Source: a bacterium (GTDB lineage Bacteria; UBP7; UBA6624; JBBIMK01). From it: a stretch of DNA of 32,000 nt. A program made the position numbers and the translations under genes. The DNA is taken from positions 1 to 32,000 of the forward strand of contig JBBIMK010000014.1 in assembly GCA_037444445.1 (NCBI GenBank), read 5' to 3'. This document shows positions 1 through 8,665 of this stretch, piece by piece. Below the pieces are notes generated by a model, which ran no database searches, was not told the origin of the DNA, and was given only the letters and a program-made list of their open reading frames with translations. Within the stretch, counting starts at the first letter, position 1. Each line of letters begins with the position of its first letter.

Positions 1-2
1 AG

Positions 3-554
3 GATATGCTTGATTTAGGCTTTTTAATGCGCGGTGAAATCATCTGGAATAAAGCCTCAAGCGGCAGTCCTTCAACTGCGTGGGGTAGTTGGCTTTCCGC
101 TAAAAATCCAACATTGAGAGACATTCATGAATATATTTTGGTCTTTTCTAAAGGGATGTTTTCAAGGGAAAATCTTGGAAGAAAGAGCACAATTTCTAAA
201 GAGGAGTTTCTTGAATTTACCAAAAGCGTGTGGACATTTGCTGCAGAGCCAGCAACAAAAGTCGGTCATCCTGCACCATTTCCGGTGGAATTGCCTTACC
301 GATTGATTCAACTTTACACTTTTGAGGGCGAGGTGATTTTAGACCCATTTATTGGAAGCGGACAGACGGCTATTGCTGCGATAAAAACCCGACGACATTA
401 TGTTGGATATGACATAAACGAAGAGTATGTAAAATTGGCAGAAAGACGCATCAAGGAGTTTTCCTTAAATTTGAATGTGCCGGAGTTGTTTGAATTGGAA
501 GGGAAAAAGGAAAGGAGTAATAAGAATGGCGGCACGGCGTATCACACAGCATAA
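3..554 (+). CDS. DNA methyltransferase, N4-cytosine/N6-adenine type (beta-class, N6_N4_Mtase-like), 5'-truncated by the window edge
   Basis: The ORF is open to the window start. It has 'GHPAPFPVELPYRLIQ' and the AdoMet motif I 'LDPFIGSGQTAIAA' near the C-terminus. The catalytic (D/S)PPY motif is expected upstream, outside the window. Confidence 0.85.
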   Translation, partial: DMLDLGFLMRGEIIWNKASSGSPSTAWGSWLSAKNPTLRDIHEYILVFSKGMFSRENLGRKSTISKEEFLEFTKSVWTFAAEPATKVGHPAPFPVELPYRLIQLYTFEGEVILDPFIGSGQTAIAAIKTRRHYVGYDINEEYVKLAERRIKEFSLNLNVPELFELEGKKERSNKNGGTAYHTA

Positions 555-568
555 AAGGGACCCGAATC

Positions 569-593
569 CCGCCTTCGGCGGAACTTCTTTTCT
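569..593 (+). terminator. Weak intrinsic terminator candidate after the methyltransferase
   Basis: CCGCC-TTC-GGCGG hairpin (5-bp GC stem) followed by AACTTCTTTTCT. The stem is short. Confidence 0.3.
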
Positions 594-631
594 GCCGGGC
601 AGATTTGGTAGTATGATTGTAGGTGGTGGAT

Positions 632-2224
632 ATGAGGAAGAGGGCAAAACCTTTGAAGGGGTGGGGCAGGAAGTGGGTCTCTGCCCGTGGAATCCGGGTT
701 CTCGGCTCCCTTCTCCTGCTGGCTTCCACGCTTCTGGCGCAGGATTCGTCCGGTAAAAAGTCCATTGACCTCTTCATCCATCAGGTAGAATACTCGGATT
801 ATCCAGAAATCCACATCTACTTCTCCGTGTTTAATGTCCTGCGAATCCCGGTGGTGGGGTTGAAGGAGTCCGCATTCACCCTGCTGGAGGATGGGAAGCC
901 CATACAGGAGTTTCAGGTGAGCAGTGCGGAAGCCACCCAGCAGAAATTGAGCATCGCCATTCTGGTGGACGAATCTGGCTCTATGGCGAAGGAAGGGAAA
1001 TTGAATTCTGCCAGGGAGGCGCTGAAGGCATTTTTGCAGAACCTGGACCCTCGGGCTGAACTCTTCCTGTTTGGGTTTCACGACGGGGTGGAAACTTTAT
1101 ACACGCCGGAGCAGGGGCGGGAGGCGCTGAATCGGGCGGTGAATGCATTCAGCCCCAGAGGGAGCCGAACGGTGATGTATGATGCCTTGAATGAGGGGTT
1201 GAAGCAGGTGGCGGCGCGGGGTGCGGGGCGAAAAGCCCTCGTCCTTCTCACGGATGGTAAGGACGAAGGAAGCGCCACCACGCTGGAGGATATAGCACGC
1301 CTCGCCTCCGACCTGGGCATCCCTATTTTCAGCCTCGCTTACGGCTCCGACGCCGATGTCCCCACCCTCCAGCGCCTCACCATCCTGTCCGGCGGGCATC
1401 TGGCTCAAACCTCCAGCCCTTCAGGCTTGAAGGACCTGTATTTCATCGTCGCTCAGTATTTAGCCAGCCAGTATGCCCTGACTTATGTAACCAACGCAAA
1501 GCCGGGTCCAGGGAAGCATGCGGTTCTACTGAAACTCACCCACGGGGGGCTGGAATACACCGCCACCCGGGAATTTCCCCTCCCCATAGGCTTACAGCCG
1601 AAAAAACCCGTGTGGGTCGCGAAAGGAGAGTTGAAGGGAAAGCCGACGACTCCCTCCACCGGCTTGATTCTCACCCTTCTCACCTTCCTGGCGGTGGGAG
1701 GTTTCTTCGCCGCTCTCCTTATCCTGCGCATCTCCAAAAAAGCGGTTAGAAAATGCCCCACCTGTGGCAACCGAATGGAACCCTCCTGGACTGAATGTAT
1801 GTTCTGCAAGAAAGAAAAGGAGAAACAGAAGGAGGAGAAAATTCCTGTGATGCCCCAGTGGCAGGCCGAGTCCATCTCCAAAACTCTGGTGTTCAAGCGA
1901 GAAAAGACGAAACTGGGCGTGCTCCGATTCCTCACCGGACCCTCCTCGGGCAAGGAACTCCTGTTAGAACTCCCCAAGACTGTAGTGGGCAGTGGAAGCC
2001 ACTGCGACCTGGTGGTGGATGACCCCAATGTGGCTTCCGAGCATTTCATCCTCAAGAAGGAAGGGGAAGGGTATATCCTGCAGGACCTGGGGTCGGAAGT
2101 CGGCACCTATGTGAATGGCACACGCCTGGAGGGGCGACGAGAACTGCACAGCAACGACCGGATTAAAATCGGCGCCACTACCCTGCTGTTCAAGGTGGTG
2201 GAAAGCCTGAAAACCACCGCCTGA
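632..2224 (+). CDS. Membrane protein: secreted vWA domain, one TM segment, cytoplasmic zinc ribbon and FHA domain
   Basis: The ORF track starts at GTG 623, but ATG 632 has AGGTGG 5 nt upstream. Signal-peptide-like 'VLGSLLLLASTLLAQD'. vWA MIDAS 'DESGS' plus 'LTDGKD'. TM segment 'LILTLLTFLAVGGFFAALLIL'. CxxC-x10-CxxC 'CPTCGNRMEPSWTECMFC'. FHA signature 'VVGSGSHCDLVVDDPNVASEHFIL..GSEVGTYVNG..NDRIKIG'. Confidence 0.85.
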   Translation: MRKRAKPLKGWGRKWVSARGIRVLGSLLLLASTLLAQDSSGKKSIDLFIHQVEYSDYPEIHIYFSVFNVLRIPVVGLKESAFTLLEDGKPIQEFQVSSAEATQQKLSIAILVDESGSMAKEGKLNSAREALKAFLQNLDPRAELFLFGFHDGVETLYTPEQGREALNRAVNAFSPRGSRTVMYDALNEGLKQVAARGAGRKALVLLTDGKDEGSATTLEDIARLASDLGIPIFSLAYGSDADVPTLQRLTILSGGHLAQTSSPSGLKDLYFIVAQYLASQYALTYVTNAKPGPGKHAVLLKLTHGGLEYTATREFPLPIGLQPKKPVWVAKGELKGKPTTPSTGLILTLLTFLAVGGFFAALLILRISKKAVRKCPTCGNRMEPSWTECMFCKKEKEKQKEEKIPVMPQWQAESISKTLVFKREKTKLGVLRFLTGPSSGKELLLELPKTVVGSGSHCDLVVDDPNVASEHFILKKEGEGYILQDLGSEVGTYVNGTRLEGRRELHSNDRIKIGATTLLFKVVESLKTTA

Positions 2225-2244
2225 GAAGGAGGGCGGAACCCACC

Positions 2245-3018
2245 ATGGCTCTGCTCCGCTTACCTCACCCGAAAACGCAATTCACCGCCGTTTCGTTGAA
2301 GGGAAAGGTCCGCCGTGTGAACGAAGATGCCTGGGGGTGTTTCACACCCCGCAACCCCGTGGACCTGGTGAGGAAAGGAACGCTGTATGTGGTGGCAGAT
2401 GGCGTGGGCGGACACCACTGCGGCGATGTGGCAAGTAGACTCGCCGTGGAGAGCATCCACTCTTCCTACTACAAAGGTCCCACCACAGAACAGCCACCGG
2501 ACGGCCTGGAAAGAGCCTTCAAATGGGCTTGCAGAACCATTTATTACGAAGCCCAGAAGAGAAAACAGTGCCAGGGAATGGCAAGCACCGCCGTGGCTTG
2601 CGTCCTCGTTGCCCAGCACGCCTATGTGGCAAGCGTCGGCGACAGCAGAGCCTATATCTTCCGCCGAAGCCACCTCGTCCCCATCACCGAAGACCACACC
2701 ATTCAGGTGGAATCACCGGACAAGAAAGGAAGTGTGCAGACTATGCTCAGCCGGGCCCTCGGCTCCTCCCTGGAAGTGGATGTGGACCTCTTCCGGGTGG
2801 AAGTAGAGCCTCAGGACCGCCTTCTTCTATGCACCGACGGGCTTACCAGCGAGGTGCCAGCAGATGTCATTCAGGAGACGCTTCAGATGAACGCCAACAT
2901 CAAGCGAGCGGTCCACGCCCTCACCTTCCTGGCAAACTCCAGGGGTGGCCGGGATAACATCACCGTCCTCTTAATCCGCCTCCTCTCCGTCCCCGGCAAA
3001 GGCTTCCTGCCCGGATAA
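2245..3018 (+). CDS. PP2C/PPM-family Ser/Thr protein phosphatase
   Basis: GAAGGAGGG lies 11 nt upstream of the ATG. PPM motifs 'VVADGVGGH', 'CTDGLT', 'GGRDNITVLLI'. Confidence 0.9.
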   Translation: MALLRLPHPKTQFTAVSLKGKVRRVNEDAWGCFTPRNPVDLVRKGTLYVVADGVGGHHCGDVASRLAVESIHSSYYKGPTTEQPPDGLERAFKWACRTIYYEAQKRKQCQGMASTAVACVLVAQHAYVASVGDSRAYIFRRSHLVPITEDHTIQVESPDKKGSVQTMLSRALGSSLEVDVDLFRVEVEPQDRLLLCTDGLTSEVPADVIQETLQMNANIKRAVHALTFLANSRGGRDNITVLLIRLLSVPGKGFLPG

Positions 3019-3103
3019 ACCCACTGTATGCAGGAATAAACAGATGCACGCCCTTCTACCCCCTCGGTAAAAGATGGATGGGTGAAATACAACCTGCAAC
3101 AGA

Positions 3104-5155
3104 ATGAACGAAAGTTTCACTGAAGGGGATGCAAAACTGGAGATGGAGGGGAAACGCGAAGGGTCGGAAAAGTTAAAAGGGGTGAGGTCGGGATGGGAGA
3201 CGGTGGAGCCCTCAGACCCGTTCCAGGTTTTAGGTGAAACGCTGGGCGAGTATCAGGTGCTGTCCATCATTGGAGTGGGTGGAACGGCGGTGGTGTATAA
3301 GGGGGTTCACATCCCCACCCAGCGTCTCGTGGCGATGAAAGTCTTCCCTTACTCCCGCCTGCGGTATGAATGGTTCTCCCGGGAAGCGACTCTATTGAAG
3401 ACCCTCCAGCATCCGCACATTGTAGGCTTTCAGGACTTTGCCCGGGACCGGGGGCTCTTCTTTATCGTTATGGAATACATCGGTGGGGGAAGCCTCCGGG
3501 ACATTATTCAAAAGAAGATTCCTCTCCCTTATGGGCGATTTTTAGAGATTTTCCTGGAAGCCGGCTCTGCTCTCATCTACGCCCACGAGAACCGGATTCT
3601 ACATTTAGATATGAAGCCGGAGAATATCTTATTCACGACTCGCGGGTCAGTGAAACTGGCAGATTTCGGCACTTCTGCGGCGGTCTGGAGCGCCTCCACC
3701 TCGGAGGAATTCCTGATGGGCACGCCGGAGTATATGGCTCCTGAACAGTTAGAAGGGAAATTGCCCGGCCCCCGAACCGATGTCTACAGCCTCAGCGTTG
3801 TGATGTACGAAGCCCTGGTCGGCTCCCCACCTTTCACGGCCTCCAACCCGGTAGAGTTGATGGTAAAAATTAAAGAGAGAGAGCCTCAGAAACCATCGGC
3901 TCTACCCGAAGGCTACCCCGTCGGGTTATCCACCTTCGTCCTGCGGGGGCTGAGGAAAGACCCCCTTCTCCGTCCCTCCAGCATCACGGAATGGCTGGAT
4001 GAACTTTTGGAACTTTCTCCTTCACCCGCACCCGCAGAATCCAAATCCGTTCAGCCCCTGATGCGAGAGTATCAACAACGAATCACGCGGCGCGAAATCA
4101 TGCGAGCGGAAGAGGAAAAATGGCTCTCCTCCAGCGGGAATCTATACCGTTCTTCCCGCTTCCCCTACGCTTTTCCTCCACCGGGAAAGCCCACGACTTT
4201 CACTCACGATTTCATTTCCAGCCTGCCCCTGATATTTGATTCCAGGTCGCATCGTTTTTTCGGTGTCACGATGAGCGGTGAACTCTTCGCTTTATCGGAA
4301 AACGGGAAGGGCTTATGGAAAATCCCGGTGGGCGCACCCGCGGGAAAGGGAATCACTCAGACCCCGGAAGGATTGATTCTCGTGCCCACCCTCGGAGGAG
4401 GGCTTCGCTTCTTCAGCCCCGACGGCGAAGCCCTGCAATCCCTGGAGAATGGAAAGTGGGTCGCCCCCTCCCCTCTGACCCACAAAAACCATCTCTACTT
4501 CGGCGCCTACGACAGCACCTTCTACATCTACGACTATCACAAAGGCCATAGGGAGAAAACCGTGAACACTCATGGAAGCATCGTTTCCTCCCCCTGTTTC
4601 ACTCCGGATAATAAAATTATTTTCGGCTCTCTGGATTCTCGCCTCTATTGCATCAGCACGGAGGGTGAAATCCTCTGGAGAAAGAAATTGGATGCCCCCT
4701 TGAAAGACTGCCCCGTGGCTGGGGAAAGCGGTGCCGTCTACGCTGTAACCCAACTGGGAACCTTTTATAGCCTGAATGGCAAGAGCGGGGAAATACGATG
4801 GACCCTGGAACGGCAGATTCTCTTCCCACCCTCTCTTGCCTACGGCGAAGATTTCATCCTGATGATAAAGACCGGGGAAATGGCCAGGGTGTCCCGCCAC
4901 AGCGGGATTCACTGGTTTCTCACCCTTCCAGGTATGCCCGTCGCCCCTCCCATCGTGGATTATATGGGAAACATCTGGGCAGGGCTGGATGGTGGCCTCC
5001 TTCTCTTCATCTCTTTTGAAGGTGAAATTGTGGAATCGCTCAAAACCCACACGCCCATATCCCAGTTATTGCCTTTAGGCCCTGGGAAAGTTCTCGTCAC
5101 CTCGCGCACAGGCTCTGCCTTCCTCTTCACCCATCCATCCCGGGAAACGGTGTAG
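3104..5155 (+). CDS. Hanks-type Ser/Thr protein kinase (non-RD) fused to a PQQ/BamB-like beta-propeller domain
   Basis: G-loop 'IGVGGTAVVYKG', 'VAMK', catalytic loop 'HLDMKPENILF' (Leu replaces the Arg of HRD), 'DFG', 'GTPEYMAPE'. The C-terminal ~300 aa carry repeated 'G.l.al...G..lW' units (e.g. 'LYCISTEGEILWRK', 'FYSLNGKSGEIRWTL'). No TM segment was seen. The start codon is uncertain (ATG 3104 or 3143). Confidence 0.88.
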   Translation: MNESFTEGDAKLEMEGKREGSEKLKGVRSGWETVEPSDPFQVLGETLGEYQVLSIIGVGGTAVVYKGVHIPTQRLVAMKVFPYSRLRYEWFSREATLLKTLQHPHIVGFQDFARDRGLFFIVMEYIGGGSLRDIIQKKIPLPYGRFLEIFLEAGSALIYAHENRILHLDMKPENILFTTRGSVKLADFGTSAAVWSASTSEEFLMGTPEYMAPEQLEGKLPGPRTDVYSLSVVMYEALVGSPPFTASNPVELMVKIKEREPQKPSALPEGYPVGLSTFVLRGLRKDPLLRPSSITEWLDELLELSPSPAPAESKSVQPLMREYQQRITRREIMRAEEEKWLSSSGNLYRSSRFPYAFPPPGKPTTFTHDFISSLPLIFDSRSHRFFGVTMSGELFALSENGKGLWKIPVGAPAGKGITQTPEGLILVPTLGGGLRFFSPDGEALQSLENGKWVAPSPLTHKNHLYFGAYDSTFYIYDYHKGHREKTVNTHGSIVSSPCFTPDNKIIFGSLDSRLYCISTEGEILWRKKLDAPLKDCPVAGESGAVYAVTQLGTFYSLNGKSGEIRWTLERQILFPPSLAYGEDFILMIKTGEMARVSRHSGIHWFLTLPGMPVAPPIVDYMGNIWAGLDGGLLLFISFEGEIVESLKTHTPISQLLPLGPGKVLVTSRTGSAFLFTHPSRETV

Positions 5156-5245
5156 GCACGATTCAAACCGTGCCACAAAACATACAGACAAAGAGTGGCA
5201 TTCTATTCTCTCTGGTTTATAATGGTAGAAGAGGCGGTGAGGAGA

Positions 5246-7864
5246 ATGGGTGGTGAAATTCAGAGGGCGAGGCGTCCCATCCCCGGTCGGCACTCCCTTG
5301 CAAAAGGGTGGCAGATGACCTGTACTCTTTTCCTGTGGTGGCTTGTGTCGGGGGCCGTTTTTAGCGCAGTTTCAGAGCAGGTGGGTAATTATGCTCGCTC
5401 CCGCTCGTACGACCTTCAGCATGTGAAACTGGAACTCTCCTTTGACTTCCCACAGAAGAAAGTGATGGGAACCGCCACGCTCACGCTGTTGCCTCTTCGG
5501 GATACCCTCTCCTCCATCCTCCTGGATGCAGTGGATTTGCAAATAGAATCGGTGGAGGTAGCGGGGCAGACGCTCCCTTACACGACCCACGACGGGAAAC
5601 TGGAGATAACCCTGAACCGCCCCTATCCGCAGGGGGAAAGCCTCACGGTGTCCATTCGCTATTCCGCCCAGCCCCGCTCGGGGCTGTATTTTATCCTCCC
5701 CGAAAAAGGCTACCCCAACCGCCTGCTTCAGGTCTGGAGCCAGGGCGAAAGAGAAAATAATCGCCACTGGTTTCCCGTATACGATTATCCCAATGATTTC
5801 GCCACCAGTGAAGTGATTGCCACAGTGCCCAAGCCCCTCCGGGTCATCTCCAACGGTGTGCTGGTGGAGGTGAAGGAGGGGGAGAAGCACAGAACCTTCC
5901 ACTTTCGGCAGGAAATTCCTCACGCCACCTACCTGATTTCTATCATCGCAGGGGAGTTTGCAGTCTACACACAGGAGTGGGAAGGGATACCCATAGAGAA
6001 TTATGTGAAGCCAGTGGATATAGAGAAGGCGGAGCGTTCGTTTGGAATGATAAGGGATATGATGGAATTCTTTTCCACCGTCCTGAATGTGAAGTATCCG
6101 TGGGCGAAATATGCCCAGACACCGGTGGAGGATTTTATTCACGGGGGCATGGAAAACACCTCGGCAACAACTCTGAACGAGCGAGTGCTACTGGATGCCC
6201 GGGCTCGCCCCGATTTTGAAAGCGAATCGCTCCTCGCCCACGAACTGGCTCACCAGTGGTTCGGCGACCTGGTGACCTGCAAGGACTGGCTGAATACCTG
6301 GCTGAACGAAGGCTTCGCCACTTACTTCGCTTCCCTCTATAAAGAATACTGGAAGGGAAAGGATGAGTTTTTATACGACCGGCTGGGCTCGGCTGAAGGA
6401 TACTTCAACGAAGCCCGACGATACAAACGCCCCATCGTGGACTACCGCCCCAACTCCCCCTTCCGCCAGTTTGACGCCCACGACTACCAGAAAGGCTCCT
6501 GGATTCTCCATATGCTCAGATATGAACTGGGCGATGACCTCTTCTTTCAAGCCCTTCATCATTACCTGAAAACCAATCAGAATCAGAATGTGACCACGGC
6601 GGATTTTGTGAAAGCACTGGAAGAAACCACAGGGAAAAACTTAGACCTCTTCTTCCAGCAGTGGGTGTTCTCACCGGGTCACCCGGAACTGAAAATCTCC
6701 TTTGATTACGACTCTGACCTCCTTTTAGGGCATTTGAACATTCAGCAGGTTCAGAAAACCGATGATGGCACGCCCATTTTCCACTTCACTCTGCCTGTGG
6801 AGTTCTGGCACGGCGAGGAACACTTCTCTATCTCCTTCCCGATGGAAAAGCAACAGCAGGATATTTATGTGCCTTTAGCCTGGCGCCCGGACATGGTTCT
6901 CATCGACCCGGACCTGTGGGTGCTGAAGACCCTTGACTTTCAAAGAACCACCGAGGAATGGCTGGTTCAGTTGAAGCACGCCCCTAACGCCATCAGCCGA
7001 CTGATGGCCCTTCGGGCATTGAAGGGAAAATGGAATGAGCCGGGCGTCATTCCCGCACTGATTGAAACCCTGAAAAATACAGAGGAGTTCTACGCCGTCC
7101 GGGGCGAGGCCGCAGAACTGTTAGGCACCAGCGGACGAGCGGATGCCCTCCAGACCCTGAAAGAGACCCTGTCTGAGCCAGATTCCAGGGTCCGAAAAGC
7201 CATCGTCGCCGCCCTGGGTAATTTCCCAAAAGAGAAGGACCTGCCCGACCGCTTGAAGAAAATTCTCCATCAGGATGAGAGTTATGCGGTTCAGGCAGCA
7301 GCGGTCTCCGCCCTCGCCAAACTGGATGAAAAGAAAAACTTTGATGCCCTGAAAGAGGCCCTGAAATACGATTCCTACCAGGAAGTCGTCCGACAGGCGG
7401 TCTTCTCCGCCTTCGCCGATGCAAAGGAAGACCGGGCAATTCCCCTGACGAGAGAATGGAGTAAATACGGAAAACCCATACCCGTTCGCTCCGCCGCCAT
7501 CTCCGCTCTCTCTAAATTGGGGAAGGGAAACAAAGAAGTTCGGGAGCATCTGATTTCCCTTCTGGACGACCCATTGCCCACCATCCGCATGGATGCCCTG
7601 ACCTCCTTAGGCGTTCGGGGAGAAGAGGAAGCCTTAGAAGCCCTGCAACGGGTGGCGGATAAGGACCCAGACCCCCGGGTTCGTGACCGAGCCCACGATG
7701 CCATCAAAGCCCTCCAGGCAACTCTCGCCTCTAAACCAGAACTGGCAGAACTAAAGCAGGACATCCAGCAACTCAAAGAAAAACAGGAAACGCTGGAAAA
7801 ACTCCTCTCCCAGATACAGGAAAAACTCAAAGCCCTGACTCCACCCACCGCCGACTCAAAATAA
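5246..7864 (+). CDS. M1-family zinc aminopeptidase (aminopeptidase N-like) with C-terminal HEAT-like repeats and a coiled-coil tail
   Basis: 'GGMENT' exopeptidase motif and 'HELAH'-x18-'E' (WLNEGFATY) zinc site. Hydrophobic N-terminal segment 'CTLFLWWLVSGAVFSA'. The C-terminal ~270 aa hold PBS-lyase/HEAT-like repeats ('VRKAIVAALGNF', 'VRSAAISALSKLG', 'PRVRDRAHDAIKAL'), followed by 'ELKQDIQQLKEKQETLEKLLSQIQEKLK'. The start is ambiguous: GTG 5195, ATG 5246 or ATG 5315. A TATAAT at 5218-5223 argues against 5195. Confidence 0.85.
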   Translation: MGGEIQRARRPIPGRHSLAKGWQMTCTLFLWWLVSGAVFSAVSEQVGNYARSRSYDLQHVKLELSFDFPQKKVMGTATLTLLPLRDTLSSILLDAVDLQIESVEVAGQTLPYTTHDGKLEITLNRPYPQGESLTVSIRYSAQPRSGLYFILPEKGYPNRLLQVWSQGERENNRHWFPVYDYPNDFATSEVIATVPKPLRVISNGVLVEVKEGEKHRTFHFRQEIPHATYLISIIAGEFAVYTQEWEGIPIENYVKPVDIEKAERSFGMIRDMMEFFSTVLNVKYPWAKYAQTPVEDFIHGGMENTSATTLNERVLLDARARPDFESESLLAHELAHQWFGDLVTCKDWLNTWLNEGFATYFASLYKEYWKGKDEFLYDRLGSAEGYFNEARRYKRPIVDYRPNSPFRQFDAHDYQKGSWILHMLRYELGDDLFFQALHHYLKTNQNQNVTTADFVKALEETTGKNLDLFFQQWVFSPGHPELKISFDYDSDLLLGHLNIQQVQKTDDGTPIFHFTLPVEFWHGEEHFSISFPMEKQQQDIYVPLAWRPDMVLIDPDLWVLKTLDFQRTTEEWLVQLKHAPNAISRLMALRALKGKWNEPGVIPALIETLKNTEEFYAVRGEAAELLGTSGRADALQTLKETLSEPDSRVRKAIVAALGNFPKEKDLPDRLKKILHQDESYAVQAAAVSALAKLDEKKNFDALKEALKYDSYQEVVRQAVFSAFADAKEDRAIPLTREWSKYGKPIPVRSAAISALSKLGKGNKEVREHLISLLDDPLPTIRMDALTSLGVRGEEEALEALQRVADKDPDPRVRDRAHDAIKALQATLASKPELAELKQDIQQLKEKQETLEKLLSQIQEKLKALTPPTADSK

Positions 7865-7881
7865 ATCCACACGGATTTGCG

Positions 7882-8193
7882 TCAAGCAATGGCTCTCCCG
7901 GTTCGGGAAGTATAAACCGGCAGGAGGCGAGCAATCATACTTTGCATCCGGTCAGCCACCTCAAAAAAATCAGAGGGAAGGTGGGCTTCCGTCACCTCCC
8001 GCCGCAGGTCCTCCACATCCATTCCCATCTCCTTCAGCACATCCACCTTCAAAAAGAGTTCACCCCTGACGACTTCCAGGGTTCGGTTCATATCGGGCGC
8101 CGTCCTATGGCACCGAATGATGAATTCCTTCAATCCCTCCAGGCATTTATCTGCCATCACGAGGGAAAGCAATTTCAGGTTATCCTCGGGCAT
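7882..8193 (-). CDS. Hypothetical protein (103 aa), no family recognised
   Basis: The ORF track gives 7882..8220. The internal ATG at 8193 is preceded by GGAGGTGATAGT (good SD spacing). It converges on the aminopeptidase gene. Confidence 0.55.
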   Translation of the reverse strand: MPEDNLKLLSLVMADKCLEGLKEFIIRCHRTAPDMNRTLEVVRGELFLKVDVLKEMGMDVEDLRREVTEAHLPSDFFEVADRMQSMIARLLPVYTSRTGRAIA

Positions 8194-8322
8194 ACTATCA
8201 CCTCCCTCTGAGGCGTCCAATCCGGGTCAAAACGCCTCCATCTTCGCAAAATTTCATTCCGCCCGTCTCCATATACCTGCATTTTTTAGCCTTCATCCTT
8301 CCTCGTATAAATTATTATATCA

Positions 8323-8659
8323 CATTATTTCTTATGTAGGGGAGGAGCTTGCCTCCTCCCCGCTGCATATCGTCGTATTCCTCCGGTGCCTGGCACCAAA
8401 ATGCACCCTCCGGTGCCTGGCACCAAAAGGTGCATTATTTCTTATGTAGGGGAGGAGCTTGCCTCCTCCCCGCTGCATATCGTCGTATTCCTCCGGTGCC
8501 TGGCACCAAAATGCACCCTCCGGTGCCTGGCACCAAAAGGTGCATTATTTCTTATGTAGGGGAGGAGCTTGCCTCCTCCCCGCTGCATATCGTCGTATTC
8601 CTCCGGTGCCTGGCACCAAAATGCACCCTCCGGTGCCTGGCACCAAAAGGTGCATTATT
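8323..8659. repeat. Tandem direct repeat, 3.06 copies of a 110-bp unit, identical by eye
   Basis: Blocks 8331-8440, 8441-8550 and 8551-8660 read identically except the last base. The period of 110 is not a multiple of 3. Each unit holds the hairpin GGGGAGGAG-CTTGC-CTCCTCCCC. Each unit also holds two copies of CTCCGGTGCCTGGCACCAAAA, which contain the palindrome GGTGCC-T-GGCACC. Confidence 0.97.
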
Positions 8660-8665
8660 GGGTGC

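Noticed and set aside
606-614. Extended -10 promoter (TGGTAGTAT) for the vWA-FHA gene
   Set aside because: The implied transcription start would fall within or after the AGGTGG Shine-Dalgarno of the ATG at 632. That is inconsistent unless the gene uses a different start.
4313-6142. Long antisense ORFs (4313..5050 -, 5372..6142 -) and similar ones (1483..2106 -, 24574..25248 -, 26927..27658 -, 30331..30873 -, 10851..11330 +)
   Set aside because: They lie wholly opposite or out of frame to genes with clear family motifs. They have Arg/Pro/Gly-rich shadow-frame composition and lack RBS support.
7863-7878. Bidirectional terminator between the convergent aminopeptidase and small unknown gene (AAATCC-ACAC-GGATTT)
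   Set aside because: The stem is only 6 bp and AT-rich, with no clear U-tract. That is too weak to call.
8391-8435. Sigma-54 promoter (TGGCAC-N5-TTGC) inside each repeat unit
   Set aside because: TGGCACCAAAATGCA places the GC dinucleotide one position too close to the GG. TGGCACCAAAAGGTGC places it one position too far. Sigma-54 spacing is strict, so neither fits.
8323-8659. CRISPR array
   Set aside because: The whole 110-bp unit, including what would be spacers, is repeated identically. There are no unique spacers and no cas genes in the window.
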